From assembly GCA_051362555.1 (NCBI GenBank), contig CM120641.1, positions 23,194,401 through 23,258,400 on the forward strand: DNA of 64,000 nucleotides, written 5' to 3'. Below, one piece after another: positions 12,433-24,800 of the stretch. Under the pieces are notes generated by a model. The model was given only the letters and a program-made list of their open reading frames with translations. It was not told the DNA's origin and searched no databases. This DNA is from Lingula anatina. Its lineage: Eukaryota; Animalia; Brachiopoda. Made by a program: the position numbers and the translations under genes. Positions within the stretch are counted from its first letter, which is position 1, and every line of letters begins with the position of its first letter.

Positions 12433-14670
12433 GGTTACTGGCGCTCTTGGGCTCTACTATAGTCGTCTCGTTCAAAAAAATGTATACAGCTTGCCTTTTT
12501 TTTTAACTCCCATCCGTCGACTTTTCGATTAGTTCATCCCCTTTTCGCGAGTTCTCGACCAACGATTCCGGCAAATGCCAGTAGCAGCGGAAAGAAATCT
12601 GAGACAACGGTACGTCTTCGCAATCTTCTCAGCCACTATATTATGCAAAATGTTCATCTTACTTCTTGGTGTAACTCGTTAAACTGTAGCTAAAAAAACA
12701 TTTTCTATAAGTCATCATATTTTTAGGATGATGAGTCTTATTGAATATCATATGTATATATAATATTATTTTTATCCAAGGATAAAGGCAACAATTTGCT
12801 ACATTGTTATTATTGCTAAAGTAATTAGGGTAGTGGGGTTATAAGATAAAATTGGCCTTGTTTGACCAAATCGATATTCTTTGTTGCCTTCTTTTTGTTA
12901 TAAATAAGACTATGAAAATTTATGGTACACTAGGATGGAGGAGACATAAAAGAAATTGCTTCTGCACAGTGTTAGTTTGGGTCTATAGCCTGCTGTATGA
13001 TGCGTTCTGTCTTAATTTTGGGGCATGTGGGAAATTCAGGTGGTTCCGTATGTCGTCTTCTACAATGGCTAAATCGTTGCCGGATAGCATTCTCTCTCTT
13101 TCTTATGGAATTAACCTGTGATTGTAGTTTTTTAATTGTTCATTGTGACTGCCTTCAGTTTCTTCTCAATCGTTTCCACGTTGTGGCCACCTCGCACACA
13201 CAACAAGTCTCTCAGGTGGTGATTGCTGTGGACTTGCCTCGGCAACTTCTATAGCAGCTAGGAGCTCCTCTTTCCTTTGGTGAAGTCTACGTTTTCGCGA
13301 TTTAGTCTTCGCATGCCTCTTTTGTCTTTCACGACATTTATAAGGAGGCGGAAGGTAGGCCTACATAGTATTCTGAACCCGTTTTCTTTCGCTTCCAAGT
13401 GTCACCCTCATTTTTTTACGAGATCTATATATTTTTTTTAAATCTCAGCCCTTGTTTTCGCATTTTTCTGAAATAATGATGTTCCGTTCGGTATCAATAT
13501 ATTTGGCACTGCGCTCACTGCGCTCGTTGGCGATTATTTTTTCCTTCCATAGTCTTGTTTGACATTTATTTCCGTCTTTGACATTCATTTCTGTATCTGA
13601 ATTAAATTTTTTATTACGACAAAATCATTCACTTCGCTTACATCGTTACTGAGGATTTTATGGATTTATTTACACTTGTAACTAACCTCATCTAATCTTT
13701 AGCTCGAGCAGACGTCAGAAAGAACCACCTGACATCTCAAACAGAAGCTAATTTTTCTTTCGGAGCCAGTTTCGGGCACAAGTAGATTTTCACTGGTAAC
13801 GTATGTTCCGGTAACGTATGTTCCAGGCCACCTAATTTTTATTTTCATAACGTGTTCTTATATATTTTAAAGTGATTCGACCATGTTAAATTAAATATGA
13901 CGTAAGGACGTTTTTTATAAACATTTAAACCGTAACTAATGGGGCCTGCGTCATAGCTAATACTAGGTAACGTATGTTCCTTGGGAAAATTGACAAAATG
14001 TTTCATTTTGTACAAGTACTTGGTGCAAGAGAAAACAATGTTTTCTTTTGCTGACAGAAAAATATATAGTGATTCCATGATAGTTTGACATTTCAGATAT
14101 AATATTTGGAGCACGAGGGGAAAAATAATTTATTAAATGCTTATTTTACTGTCGGTAGGGTGTATTTTCCCCGTTTTTTTAATATTCAGTGACAGGCAAA
14201 CTTAAGTCGCTAAAAAACAATTAACTGCTCTATACAAAAGTTTTACGTAATTTTTTACAACGTTATACTTGTAGGAGATATATTAAAGAACAAAACCCGT
14301 GATGATTGAATTTTCAAAGTGATTAAAACGTTTCCACAGCTAGACGTTATGCATTTGTGACAGTAACGTATGTTCCTTTTTGGGGTTAGATGATGAATTA
14401 TTTTTTATTATTCGTGGTTCCAGGAAAGTGAAACTCTAATACAAACTTCTTTATATGGGACCCTAAAATAATCAAACATAGTTTGTAATCTGTGCACTAC
14501 ATATTTTTAGGAACATGCCTGTGACATCGTTTGCACCTCTATATTGGGTTTGGGTGTCCAGTGAGGTTGCTGAGACCAGTAAAACCAAAGGCCACACTCC
14601 AGCCGCCTGAGGCTGCTGATGGCAAGCCACCAGTAAGTGACGACTGTAGCTGCTGCAGTTTTTTAATGAC
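9998..14670 (+). mobile_element. Truncated Kolobok-like DNA transposon with an interrupted transposase-like N-terminal ORF (11004-11219 joined to 14561-14666)
   Basis: Begins after TTAA. A TATA-like TATAAAG at ~10885 precedes ORF MPGRKRARKWYFQPG...NPAP, which continues in frame as VRLLRP... once the 11220-14556 insert and one TSD copy are removed. The family call rests on the TTAA site and recalled N-terminal motifs; the right end was not found. Confidence 0.4.
11220..14556. mobile_element. 3.3-kb TIR DNA transposon, Chapaev/CMC-like, decayed
   Basis: Perfect 25-bp TIR CACCCAAACCCAATATAGAGGTGCA at both ends, 4-bp TSD TCCA (11216-11219 and 14557-14560), CAC...GTG termini. Internal motif GTAACGTATGTTCC at 11801, 13796, 13811, 13967 and 14363, inverted at 11423. 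A decayed K/R-rich frame lies on the minus strand at ~12990-13550. Confidence 0.8.
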
Positions 14671-14865
14671 TGCTTTCAAGCGCATGGACAGACCAGTGTA
14701 ACCTTTCTCACTTTTCTTTTTTTTTTCTTAAAATTGACCTTTACATTCATGTAGATTTACTGCATGTTGAGAATCAGCGTAGTTTATTTTTTCCACGGAT
14801 TAGTAATAGTATTCGTGAGCTACGTCATCGAATTGTGTGCTGCGACGTTTTCCACAAAACCTAAA

Positions 14866-14871
14866 CACGTG
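14866..14871. promoter_or_regulatory. Canonical E-box (CACGTG) in the putative DNPH1 first non-coding exon/promoter
   Basis: CACGTG lies in a CpG-containing stretch just before the donor CG|GTAAAT at 14903. DNPH1/RCL is an established c-Myc-responsive gene in mammals. Confidence 0.5.
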
Positions 14872-15375
14872 GGACTGAAGGTTGGAGCGTGCTATAACTA
14901 CGGTAAATATGACAAGTACCAAATGCACTGTTTATTTTGGAACAAAGCTCAGTTTACCCCTGTCCCCTTCCCTGCTAAAGACGTGCATTGTGTACGTATC
15001 GGCGGTAACAACAACAAGAATCTGTACTGATTAAGTTAAGTTACTTAGCTCGATCTTTAAATTCAAACGTCAAAACTACATGTATCTCCCCTCACCCCCC
15101 CCCCCCCTCCCTCTCTCCCCCTCTCTCTCGCCTGTACAAATCCTCGACGAAGTTTGTTCGTGCACCACGCTGGGCGATCATCTTAATCGGTTATCCCCAT
15201 ACTTGATCGGGTGATGCACCTAACAGAGTAACATTAAATACCATAAAACAGATTTTATCAAAATGGGTTGGTATTTTACAGATCGAGTTATTGGGACATA
15301 CATACATACTTACCGGTATATGTTCAGTTTCCAGACTGTATTAAAAATAAAATTACAATTTTCTCCTTTCAGAAA

Positions 15376-16934
15376 ATGTCCAGAAACATATACTTTGCAG
15401 GAAGCATACGTGCTGGCCGACAAGATGCAGAATTGTATGCTAAAATCATTGATAAACTGAGAAAATATGGGACAGTACTGACGGAGCATGTTGGCTTCAT
15501 GGGAGGTATGCGTAATCAATCACATTTTTTTCATCATATTATTATCTACATATAAAATAATCAGAACTCTTAAGTAAATGATAACTAAACGAGAAAGAGA
15601 ATACATAATTTTCAAAATACTGATGATAGTACGTACAGTAAATTAACTTTAAAGAACCAGCAACTGAGCTGCTTTTGTGCATGGACAAACGCCACAGATG
15701 AATGCATGGCAGGATGATGAATACTGCTTAGCCAGGCCTGTAGACAAGGGGGCTACAAAAATGCCCTTTTGGTTGGAAAAAGTCCACTCTACATCAAAAT
15801 TTTGATTTAGTTTCCATATGACATTTCTCAATGTGGATAAGAAGGCCCACTTCAGAAAAAGAACCCCCTTTGAATTGCTAACTATAAAGACCAGTTGGCT
15901 TTCATTATTATGCCCAGAAAGTCACAAATTTGGGGATCACCTTCATGGCTATGAGATATCACCCACATAACCAGTGGTGGCTTGCGATTTAGATGTGCTT
16001 GACACATCAAATGGCATATTAATCTTTATTTCATTTAACCCTATTCAAAATATCAATTTTTTCATGTCCTCTAGCTGAAGACAAAGATCCAGATAAGAAA
16101 CTCACAGACAAGGAAATTTATGACAGGGATATGGCATGGCTTAAGCAGAGTGACGGTTAGCATTTCCATTATATATCTTGTTCATATTTGTTTAAAACTA
16201 GTACATGTAATTACATCTTTACTTCATGTTTTAAGAAATCAATTATTATGGGTGAGCAGAGTATACTAGCTGTTGCCAGCTTAATTCATGTATTATGCAA
16301 ATGTAAGCTGAATAATTCATTATTTAATTGCAGCCATTGTGGCAGAAGTCACCCAGCCATCTCTAGGTGTTGGATATGAAATAGGGAGAGCAAATGCTAT
16401 GGGGAAGAAGATATTGTGTTTGTTTAGACCTTCCTCTGGAAAAAGTAAGGTTCATCTGATACATTCTAATAGTAAGATATCTCACCTGACACACTGTGCT
16501 GCATATTTTGTGAATGTAACTTCAGTGTAGTACAAATTGTTGTGATAAATATTTTGACGAGAAATATTTCATTTTAAATCAGAGTTATACGTTTCAGTAG
16601 AATAATGTATCAATATTTAATCAGATTTGACTTGCAATGTAAATTAAAAGTGTTATATGCAGATTTGACAAAATACATTTAATTGGATGAATGTGACTTT
16701 TTTAGTCAATATTTATAACCTTAATTAGAAAATATTTGATGAAAATCATATAGAAAAAAACTTCACTCGCCAAGATAAAATGGGTTATATTATCTTAATC
16801 TCTATTCTTTATTTTGTCTAGGTTTGTCTGCAATGATAAGTGGAGCTGAAGGTGGTTCCTCTAAGCTGATCAACAAAAGTTATGAGAAATTAGAAGATGT
16901 GGACCCCATTTTCAGTGAATTCTTCCAGTCATGA
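15376..16934 (+). CDS. DNPH1: 2'-deoxynucleoside 5'-phosphate N-hydrolase 1 (RCL)
   Basis: Exons 15376-15505, 16075-16155, 16334-16444 and 16822-16934, all GT-AG with consistent phases. Motifs IYFAGSIRAGRQD, GTVLTEHV, IYDRDMAWL, VAEVTQPSLGVGYEIGRA, LSAMISGA. Confidence 0.95.
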
Positions 16935-18296
16935 TGGTCTCCAAGTCTGATCCCCCTTAGATGTTTTCATCCTCTTTCTGTCAGATGCCAACAGCTGTAT
17001 TGTTTCTTTGTAAAATTGCTCTTGAAACTAAAGTGATGCATTGTGGGCTTTTGGATGTACATGTATATGATCATTGATGGAACTTTTAGTATAATATAGC
17101 AGATTCCCATAGATATACAGTACTCCAATAGCCCCACTATGACTGTTATGTGATGCATACTTAGAAGGAATGTCTATTTGTCTGTTTCCAAACACTGTAC
17201 CCGGAAGATCTCATGATGAAGTCTGGCATAGAAAACTAATGACTCTCCACTCCTTAGAAACCTCAAAGGGGGACTATTGTTGACACATGTTTATATATTG
17301 TAAGAAATGTTCTTTTGTGATAACAAAATATTGTTGGGTCATGGTCACAAAGTTATCTTATATCAAATTTTAATTATGAAATTTCACGTGGTTTCAAGTA
17401 AGCCACTAGCTGCAGCTTTATAAAAAGTTGTCCATACTGCAGTTCAATGTGATTGATGTATAACATACCCTGTGAAATCATGACAAACTGAAAAAATAAA
17501 TGCATTTTATATTTTCCCTAATAATTTGTATAGTAGACTAAGTGAATATCAGTTACCGTTTAACATTTTTCCATAAAAATGAAATCTCCCTTTACAACAA
17601 ATTGATAAGCTCAAATGATTATCAGTAGTTTCATATAAAAAATTAACATTTTGATCGTTTATTGTACAATAAAATGAAGACCATGATTGCAAGACTGGCT
17701 ACAAGTCTTGCAGATCCAAAACTACAGTAGCCTCATTCCACGAGCAATTTTCTGAGTAATGCTGAGTACACATGTACATTTAAACACCACATCCAAAGCT
17801 GTGAGGGTGACCTAAAAATTCAACCCTGAATCTTGAATGGGTCCACACCATAAATATCTATGGCTGAAATGCAAGTTAATTTTTTTTTCGCGGTCTAAAT
17901 ACAGTATACCAGTATATTTGACAGATTTCCATGATCCTTATTAGTTTCCATATTGATTGACTTGATATTACAGGAAATTATACAGTGCAGTAAACAATAT
18001 TAAAATAATTTGTTATTGACAGTCCCAGTCTAACAGTTTTCATAACTACTGATAGGTGCAAGGGGGAAGGCATAAATTTGCTTTTATCAATTACATGTAT
18101 GTCAAAAAATTCATATGAAAAATAATATATAAGCATATATATCACTAATACACAAATATGTGAAAGGAAACAATTGTTTTGCACTTATCATCTGGTGTGT
18201 ATGTTATGTGTAGTAAACTGTTAAACGCACTAATAGTTTGATCATGTGAACTAACAGAGAGAGAGAGAGAGAGCGAATGAACGACAAAAATAGGAC

Positions 18297-18510
18297 GTGA
18301 CGTCACGGAAGCTATTTGAAATACATTATTTAGTTTCGATTTTATAGGACTGGTGTATGTATTTAGATTATATCAAACAACTGAATGCATTAGTTTAGGT
18401 CTGTGATGTTTATACTGATATCTTTTTGACTTCATGTTACAAGCATTCGATATACTTAATTTCGCGCGAATCCAGTCACGTGGTAGGAGAAGCAACCTCG
18501 CCATTTTGCA
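18297..18510 (+). promoter_or_regulatory. CCAR1 promoter motifs: CRE, E2F-like, E-box, YY1
   Basis: GTGACGTCAC at 18297, TTCGCGCGAA at 18461-18470, CACGTG at 18477-18482 and CGCCATTTT at ~18499, upstream of a non-coding first exon ending at the donor near 18575. Confidence 0.55.
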
Positions 18511-18892
18511 GAGTGAAGTTCTTTGTTGACGACGTCGCTAATATATTGCCGCCGGTCGAGGAGGTGTTAAAAGGGTAAAATGATGCTCCTGTAAAAGTCT
18601 GTTATTGTTCATAAAAGGAATTTCAATAGCATGAATCGTTCTTTTGTTAAAGTTTTGATGTTCAGCTACAAAAAATGCAACTTGCAAAAACGTAGATTCT
18701 AAAGAAGTCTAGCAAGAAGCTGTTTCTATTTCTCAAAAAGTAAAATAATACAATTTCAGGCTACCCTACAAATTGAGGCTTTATGATAGCACATAAATAA
18801 AGTATTGACTTCGTAAATGCACATGCACGTCTAATGTTATATGTGTTGATAGTCAGTTGTTGCAATTATTGTTTGTATTTCCAGGCGGCGAA

Positions 18893-21800
18893 ATGGCTCA
18901 GTTTGGAGCTGGGAAGAACCCTCCCTGGGCGAGACCCCAGGCTGGAGTCACAGGTAAGAAGGACTTTGACCTTCAGCTTTATTATGGTTTATTTTTCCTT
19001 ATTTCTAGACCAATGCCTGACAACAGCACAGATTGAAACGGTCCCATGTTAAAATGTTCGAAGGTCATTCAAATTCACTGTAAAATAAAGTCTTCTCTGT
19101 GATGTTTTGGAAGTTCATGAAGTGCATTCATTGGCATAGGTCTAAAATGATTGTGTAAAGAAATTATCATGTAGAAGAAGTCTGCCATTTGCATTGTGCC
19201 TCTTATATGTCTGTTACATTTGTATAATATTAAAGTCATAATAACTCTTCGTTTTGGCCAAAAATTGGATTTTCCTGGAGTAAACGGCAATTTTCCCGTA
19301 CTTACCAATGGCCAACGACCCCATTCCTGCATTCAAAGTTAATCCAGGGTTTTTTTCCTAAACGTACGGTTTTTTGTTAAAATCTCTTAAGAGATTTTAA
19401 CTGACGGAGCTCTCTCTGACATTGCAAAGTCACTGGTGACCTACTTAAAACCGTGGGAAAAGCAGACAACAACAACACTATATGAGATTCATGAGATATA
19501 TTCGTCTTTTTTGTTAAAAACGCATTTATATCCACAATGTGTGCCATTCTGGGCTTTTCGTTATCCGACGCACTGTACAAAAACTCGCAACTTACGTCTG
19601 AGGGTTTCCCGCCATGTTATTTTGGTCTCGAATGAACGCGAGAATCCGCGTGACACCATTACGTCATTAGCAACGAATGCACTTGTCGAGCGGAAAAAAG
19701 GGATCGAAAGCCATATTGACAAGCACAGATTTTAGTTTTCCTACAATAACGGCCGTTTTAGTGGTAAAATACAATAGAATATATTTCCATGCGTTGTTTA
19801 CAATGTATTTCATGCGGATTTTTGAATCTCAAAGGAAGAGTTATTATTGCTTTAAGAGAAGCATTTACTGAAAAATGTGTACTTCAGCATTATAGGACAG
19901 GCAATGGGTGTCCCTAAATTGTGCCATACATGCACCACAATACAGCACAATACACTGGAAAAAAGCAAGTCCAATTGCAATTAAACAAAGGAAGTGATCA
20001 TTCCTAACAAAATAGGATGATTATAAAAGCAAAATATATTGTTAAGTAATTAATATTGTTGATACAACTTAACAAATCAGTGAGACTTCCATTTTTTGGG
20101 GTCGACAGCCATCTTAGCGAGTAGCTCTTCTTGGCAGTAATACAATTTATGCACACAGGCAGTGGACTGTAATTGGGACAGAAGATATTTGTTACATTTG
20201 GGTGTTAGCTCACACTCCATTCTCCATTGCCTGTAGGTCTAGCAACACACTTACAGTTTCTCTGTGCATTTCTAGTGTCTGCTGGTCTAGCTGCCACCCT
20301 TAACCAGCCCCAAGTGGGAAATCCCCTCCTGGGTCAGCCGGGTGTGGCCAACCCCACAGTATATAGCCTGGGAGCCAGTCAAGCAAGCTTGGCACAGCAA
20401 CAGTTTGCTCTCCAGCAACAGGCAGCAGTATCACAGATAGGCCAGGTACATGTAAGATACAACATTTCTAATATCACACTCAAATTTGCGATAGATGTAA
20501 GACTTACCTCTAAGGTGTTTATGTGGACATTTGCTTGAAAATGAATTTTATCATTGTTTTTATCACTAAAATACCTGAGGTGATTTTTGTTTGAGGTGAA
20601 ACATAATCTGTCAAAGTTGAGTTAAATAAAAATCTGATCATAATAAATGGTGGTCAAGATTACAGGTCATGACTTTGCTATTTTCAGCCAGGTATAGCCA
20701 TTCCTACTACACTGGCCACCACTCAGGTAGCCACTGTCAGTTACCCCACTCCCAGGGCAGCCCAGCAACCTCAGCCCAAACAGAGGGTCTTTACGGGTGT
20801 GGTAACCAAGCTACACGATAACTTCGGATTTGTGGACGAGGATGTTTTCTTCCAGACAAGGTAACAGTTGAGATGATGGTTTGATTAATTCAAATGGGGT
20901 CAGTTACTGCTGAGGTAGTTGGAGGGGGCATTTGAGTATTAATGTGTTTGAATATAAGTAGCTTATGGCACCAAGCTGTTTTTGAGATTCTTGGGCTTCA
21001 CTCTATCCTTGTTTATCTTCCAGTTGTGTGAAGGGACATCCCCCTAAGGTTGGAGACCGTGTACTGGTAGAGGCCTCATACAATGCCAACATGCCCTTTA
21101 AGTGGAATGCAACAAGGATACAGGTTTTACCTACACAGGTAAGTATATGTAAGCGCTTTGGTTTGAATTGTACATAGGATTATGAGGTGTAGTAAATAGA
21201 GTAGACTCCTTGTAACTTGTCACCTTACAACTTGGATTCTGAAACCAACCTTGTGTAATGCATTTTTCCTTTGGTGTTAGCTGAATCTTTTGAGCACTGC
21301 ACCTATTTTGGATTTTCATAGAACTTGAACAAATTATCAAGTGGAGAAGTGTTTGAGTTCTGCAGTCTTCTGTAAACTTCATTTCGTGAAATACACTGAA
21401 TATGCACCACATTTCAACATATAAAAGATATTTTAGGTCAGCATATCTAACCTGTACATATAGATATATGTATGTTTAACATACCTGTGATATTCCAGCC
21501 TGGAGGCATACAACAGCAGCAGCAGCAGTTGCCACCTCCACAGTTCCAGCCTCCTGTACCTATCCAGGGGCAGCAGACCTTCAAGCAGCCCAGTGTGGCC
21601 ACCCCCAATATACCTCCTCCCACCATTACTCCCAGCATAACACCCAGTGTCCTTGGGCCCATCACCCCCTCACAGCTGTCACATCCACCACCTCCATTAA
21701 TGGGACAAGGAGGTGAGATATTATATGTTGTTATTAGGTACAAATAGAAACTTTGAGGAACTTTTTTTCAGTCAGGTGTTTATGTTATTTTTCTTGAACA

Positions 21801-24800
21801 TCATCTTGAGCTTATTTTGAACATAAGTCTGATTTTGAGGATAAGTGTAAATGGATTTAAGAATTTATTTATCATATTTTTTTACTTGTGAAATATCTAT
21901 TCAGACGTATATTCTTTTCCTTGTATCACATTACAGGGCTTTTGCCACCACCCAATCACGGAAGATTTAATGCACCAGCTGGACGCTCTGAAAGAGGGCG
22001 CTATGATAGGGACAGGGAAAGAGAGCGTGACAGGGACAGAGGTGAACGTGAGAGGCGGAGATCACCAAAGAGAGCTAGGTCAAGGTCACCTAGAAGACGT
22101 TCCCCAAGAAGAAGTCCTCCGAGGAGGCGCCCAGCCAGAATAGTGCCACGCTATGTGGTGCAGGTACCAAAGATAACACTGGACATGTAAGTTCAGATGT
22201 CAATCGTATCTCTGACGAAATTTGAGTTCAGTAATGTGAGTGCATGATTTGATGATTTACATTGATAGTGATCATATAGGCAAACCCATAGGTTTTTGAA
22301 CTTTTAAAAACAAAGGTTCAATACTGAAATTGTGTATAAAATAAAATTGGTTTCCTTTTCAGAAAAGAGGCAAATGTTATGCAGCTCCGTTCACGCTATA
22401 CCAACCTATACATCCCCAGTGATTTCTTTAATGCCGGATTTGCATGGGCTGATGCCTTTCCCTTACATCGCCGCTTCCAGTTGGGCAACCACTGTATCTT
22501 CCATGTGATGAGCAAGGAAGTGGAAGCATTGGAACCTAACACAGCAGTGCTGGAGCCTCCAGATGCTGACCATCTTTATAGTGCTAAGGTGAAGATAATA
22601 TGTACTGAAGACATTGTAGGGAAATAATTAAATTTTTCGACATGTCATAACTGTTTCTGTACATATATAATATAGTTGGTAAGGCCTTTTAGATAATATT
22701 AAACTGTATGATATCTACCAGCACCTGCTAAGGCAAGAGAATTATACAAAATGCTTTTGATCCCAATTTTCAAAATCAAAGTTAGATTGTATATGCAGGT
22801 TAATCATAACTTTTTATTGTCTCTTTTAATCAGGTAATGTTGATGTCTAGTCCCACTTTAGAAGAGCTATATCACAAGACGTGTGCCCTGGCAGAAGACT
22901 CCAGTGAGCAGAAGGAAAGTTTCCAGCACCCAACACGCTTGTTGTCCTTCCTGGTTGGTTTGAAGGGGAAGAGTGAACCTATGGCTATTGGAGGTCCGTG
23001 GTCCCCCTCCCTGGATGGCCCTAACCCTGCTGAGGACCCTGCTGTGCTCACTAGAACTGCCATACGGACCACCAAAGCCTTAACTGGTATAGATCTTAGT
23101 GCCTGTACACAGTGGTAAGTCTACTAAGAGTCATGTGAGCTGTATTTAAAGATAATGTTTACCAAATGAATACTCCTTGAACAGAAGTGATTTTCAGGTG
23201 TTAATTAAGATAAATTTATGATTAGAGAGAGAAGTTCACTTGTAATGCTGAGTGTTTTGAAGTAGGTTAACTTTTGTGTGGTCTTACTTAATGAAATCCT
23301 CTGAAACTTGCCTGTTTTTATCAGTTAATTAAGGTGAATGTTAACCCTTTCCGCACAGGTATCGCTTTGCAGAGATCCATTACCATCGTCCAGAAGAGAC
23401 TCACAAAGGGCGTGTGGTCCCGGCCCGTGTTGAAACTGTCGTGCTTTTCTTACCAGACGTATGGAGCTGTCTCCCCACCCGCCTGGAGTGGGAGGTCCTG
23501 CAGACAACTTACAAACACCAGCTGACAGATAAGCTAGCAGAGGAAGCCAAGGAGGAACAGGCACTGATTATTATCTTGTTAAATGTTCATATAATACACA
23601 ACACACGTTTTTTTCTTGCATTTTCATGTTATCAAAAGTTGGGGTTGAAATTTCACGCCCACTGCGGAGATTCTCGCCTGGGTATTCTGGGACCTTAAAT
23701 CATCTGCCATTGATGTCTCTTTATTCTCTAGTGCATTGTAATGTGTATATGACTGATCCAGCAGCTGCCCAAACTACAGCTTTCACAGTTGTTCTAGACT
23801 GAGACAATTGCAGAAATAATTCCCTCATAACACCCATGAAAATGGCAGAAAACATGCAGCTTTTACCATGAAGCCTTCCTACAGTTGTTCTTTTTCAGCA
23901 GCTACAAAGGGGTATGTCTGTCTGCTTAATCACAAAACTAAGACACCCTCGCTGTGCTAGAGCCACCTTCCAATCTGGGACGCTCTGCATAAGCATTGGG
24001 GCAAAAGGTCAGTGAGGGGCAGCAGAAGAAGACAACAAGGGCAAAAGATTGACAAAATATTAAAAAGAAATAATTGATGATGATCCAATTTTTTCACAGT
24101 ACCTAGCAATGATTCAAAGTTAGGAAGGGAAAAAAATGATTTGGTGGACAAACTTTTCTGCTGCCCCTCCCTGCCAGTGGTTCCATCTAGTAGTGCAGTA
24201 GTTGTGATGTAGCATGTGTTCTGTATCTTGCCACCATGTGTAGAGATGTAATGCAAGTTTTTTCTTTGCTTTAGGAGGAGGAGGAGGATGGTGGGGAGGA
24301 GACAGCAGAGAAGAAAGACCCCACCCATTATTCTGAACTGGACCCTAAAGCTTTAAAGGTTAGTGTCAGATCCTGAATACTGTCTTTAATATGTTTAGAA
24401 TCAAAGTTAAAGTTGAGAAAATATTTATATTCAACCAGGATGAGATTTTTCCTACTTTTGGCATTTTTCTGTCCTCTTTTGTTGGTGTTGGTGCTTACAA
24501 TGGTAATGAGATTTTTCTGACTATCAGAGGATTGCCAATTATGTGGGGAGCCAAAAGTCTCATCCCTGATTCAATATTGAAGGAATATCTATCAAAACTT
24601 TTGTGGTGCACATGTACTACATTTTATAGAACTGTCTTATTTGTAACTGAATTATGGAAGTGATATTGAGAAATAACAACATTTCAGCTGGTTGACTTGA
24701 GAAAGGAGCTGGAGGCTCGTAACTTGAGCAGTAAGGGTTTGAAATCTCAGCTGATTGCCAGGCTCACCAAAGCTCTGAAGACAGAGCAAGAGAAAGAGGA

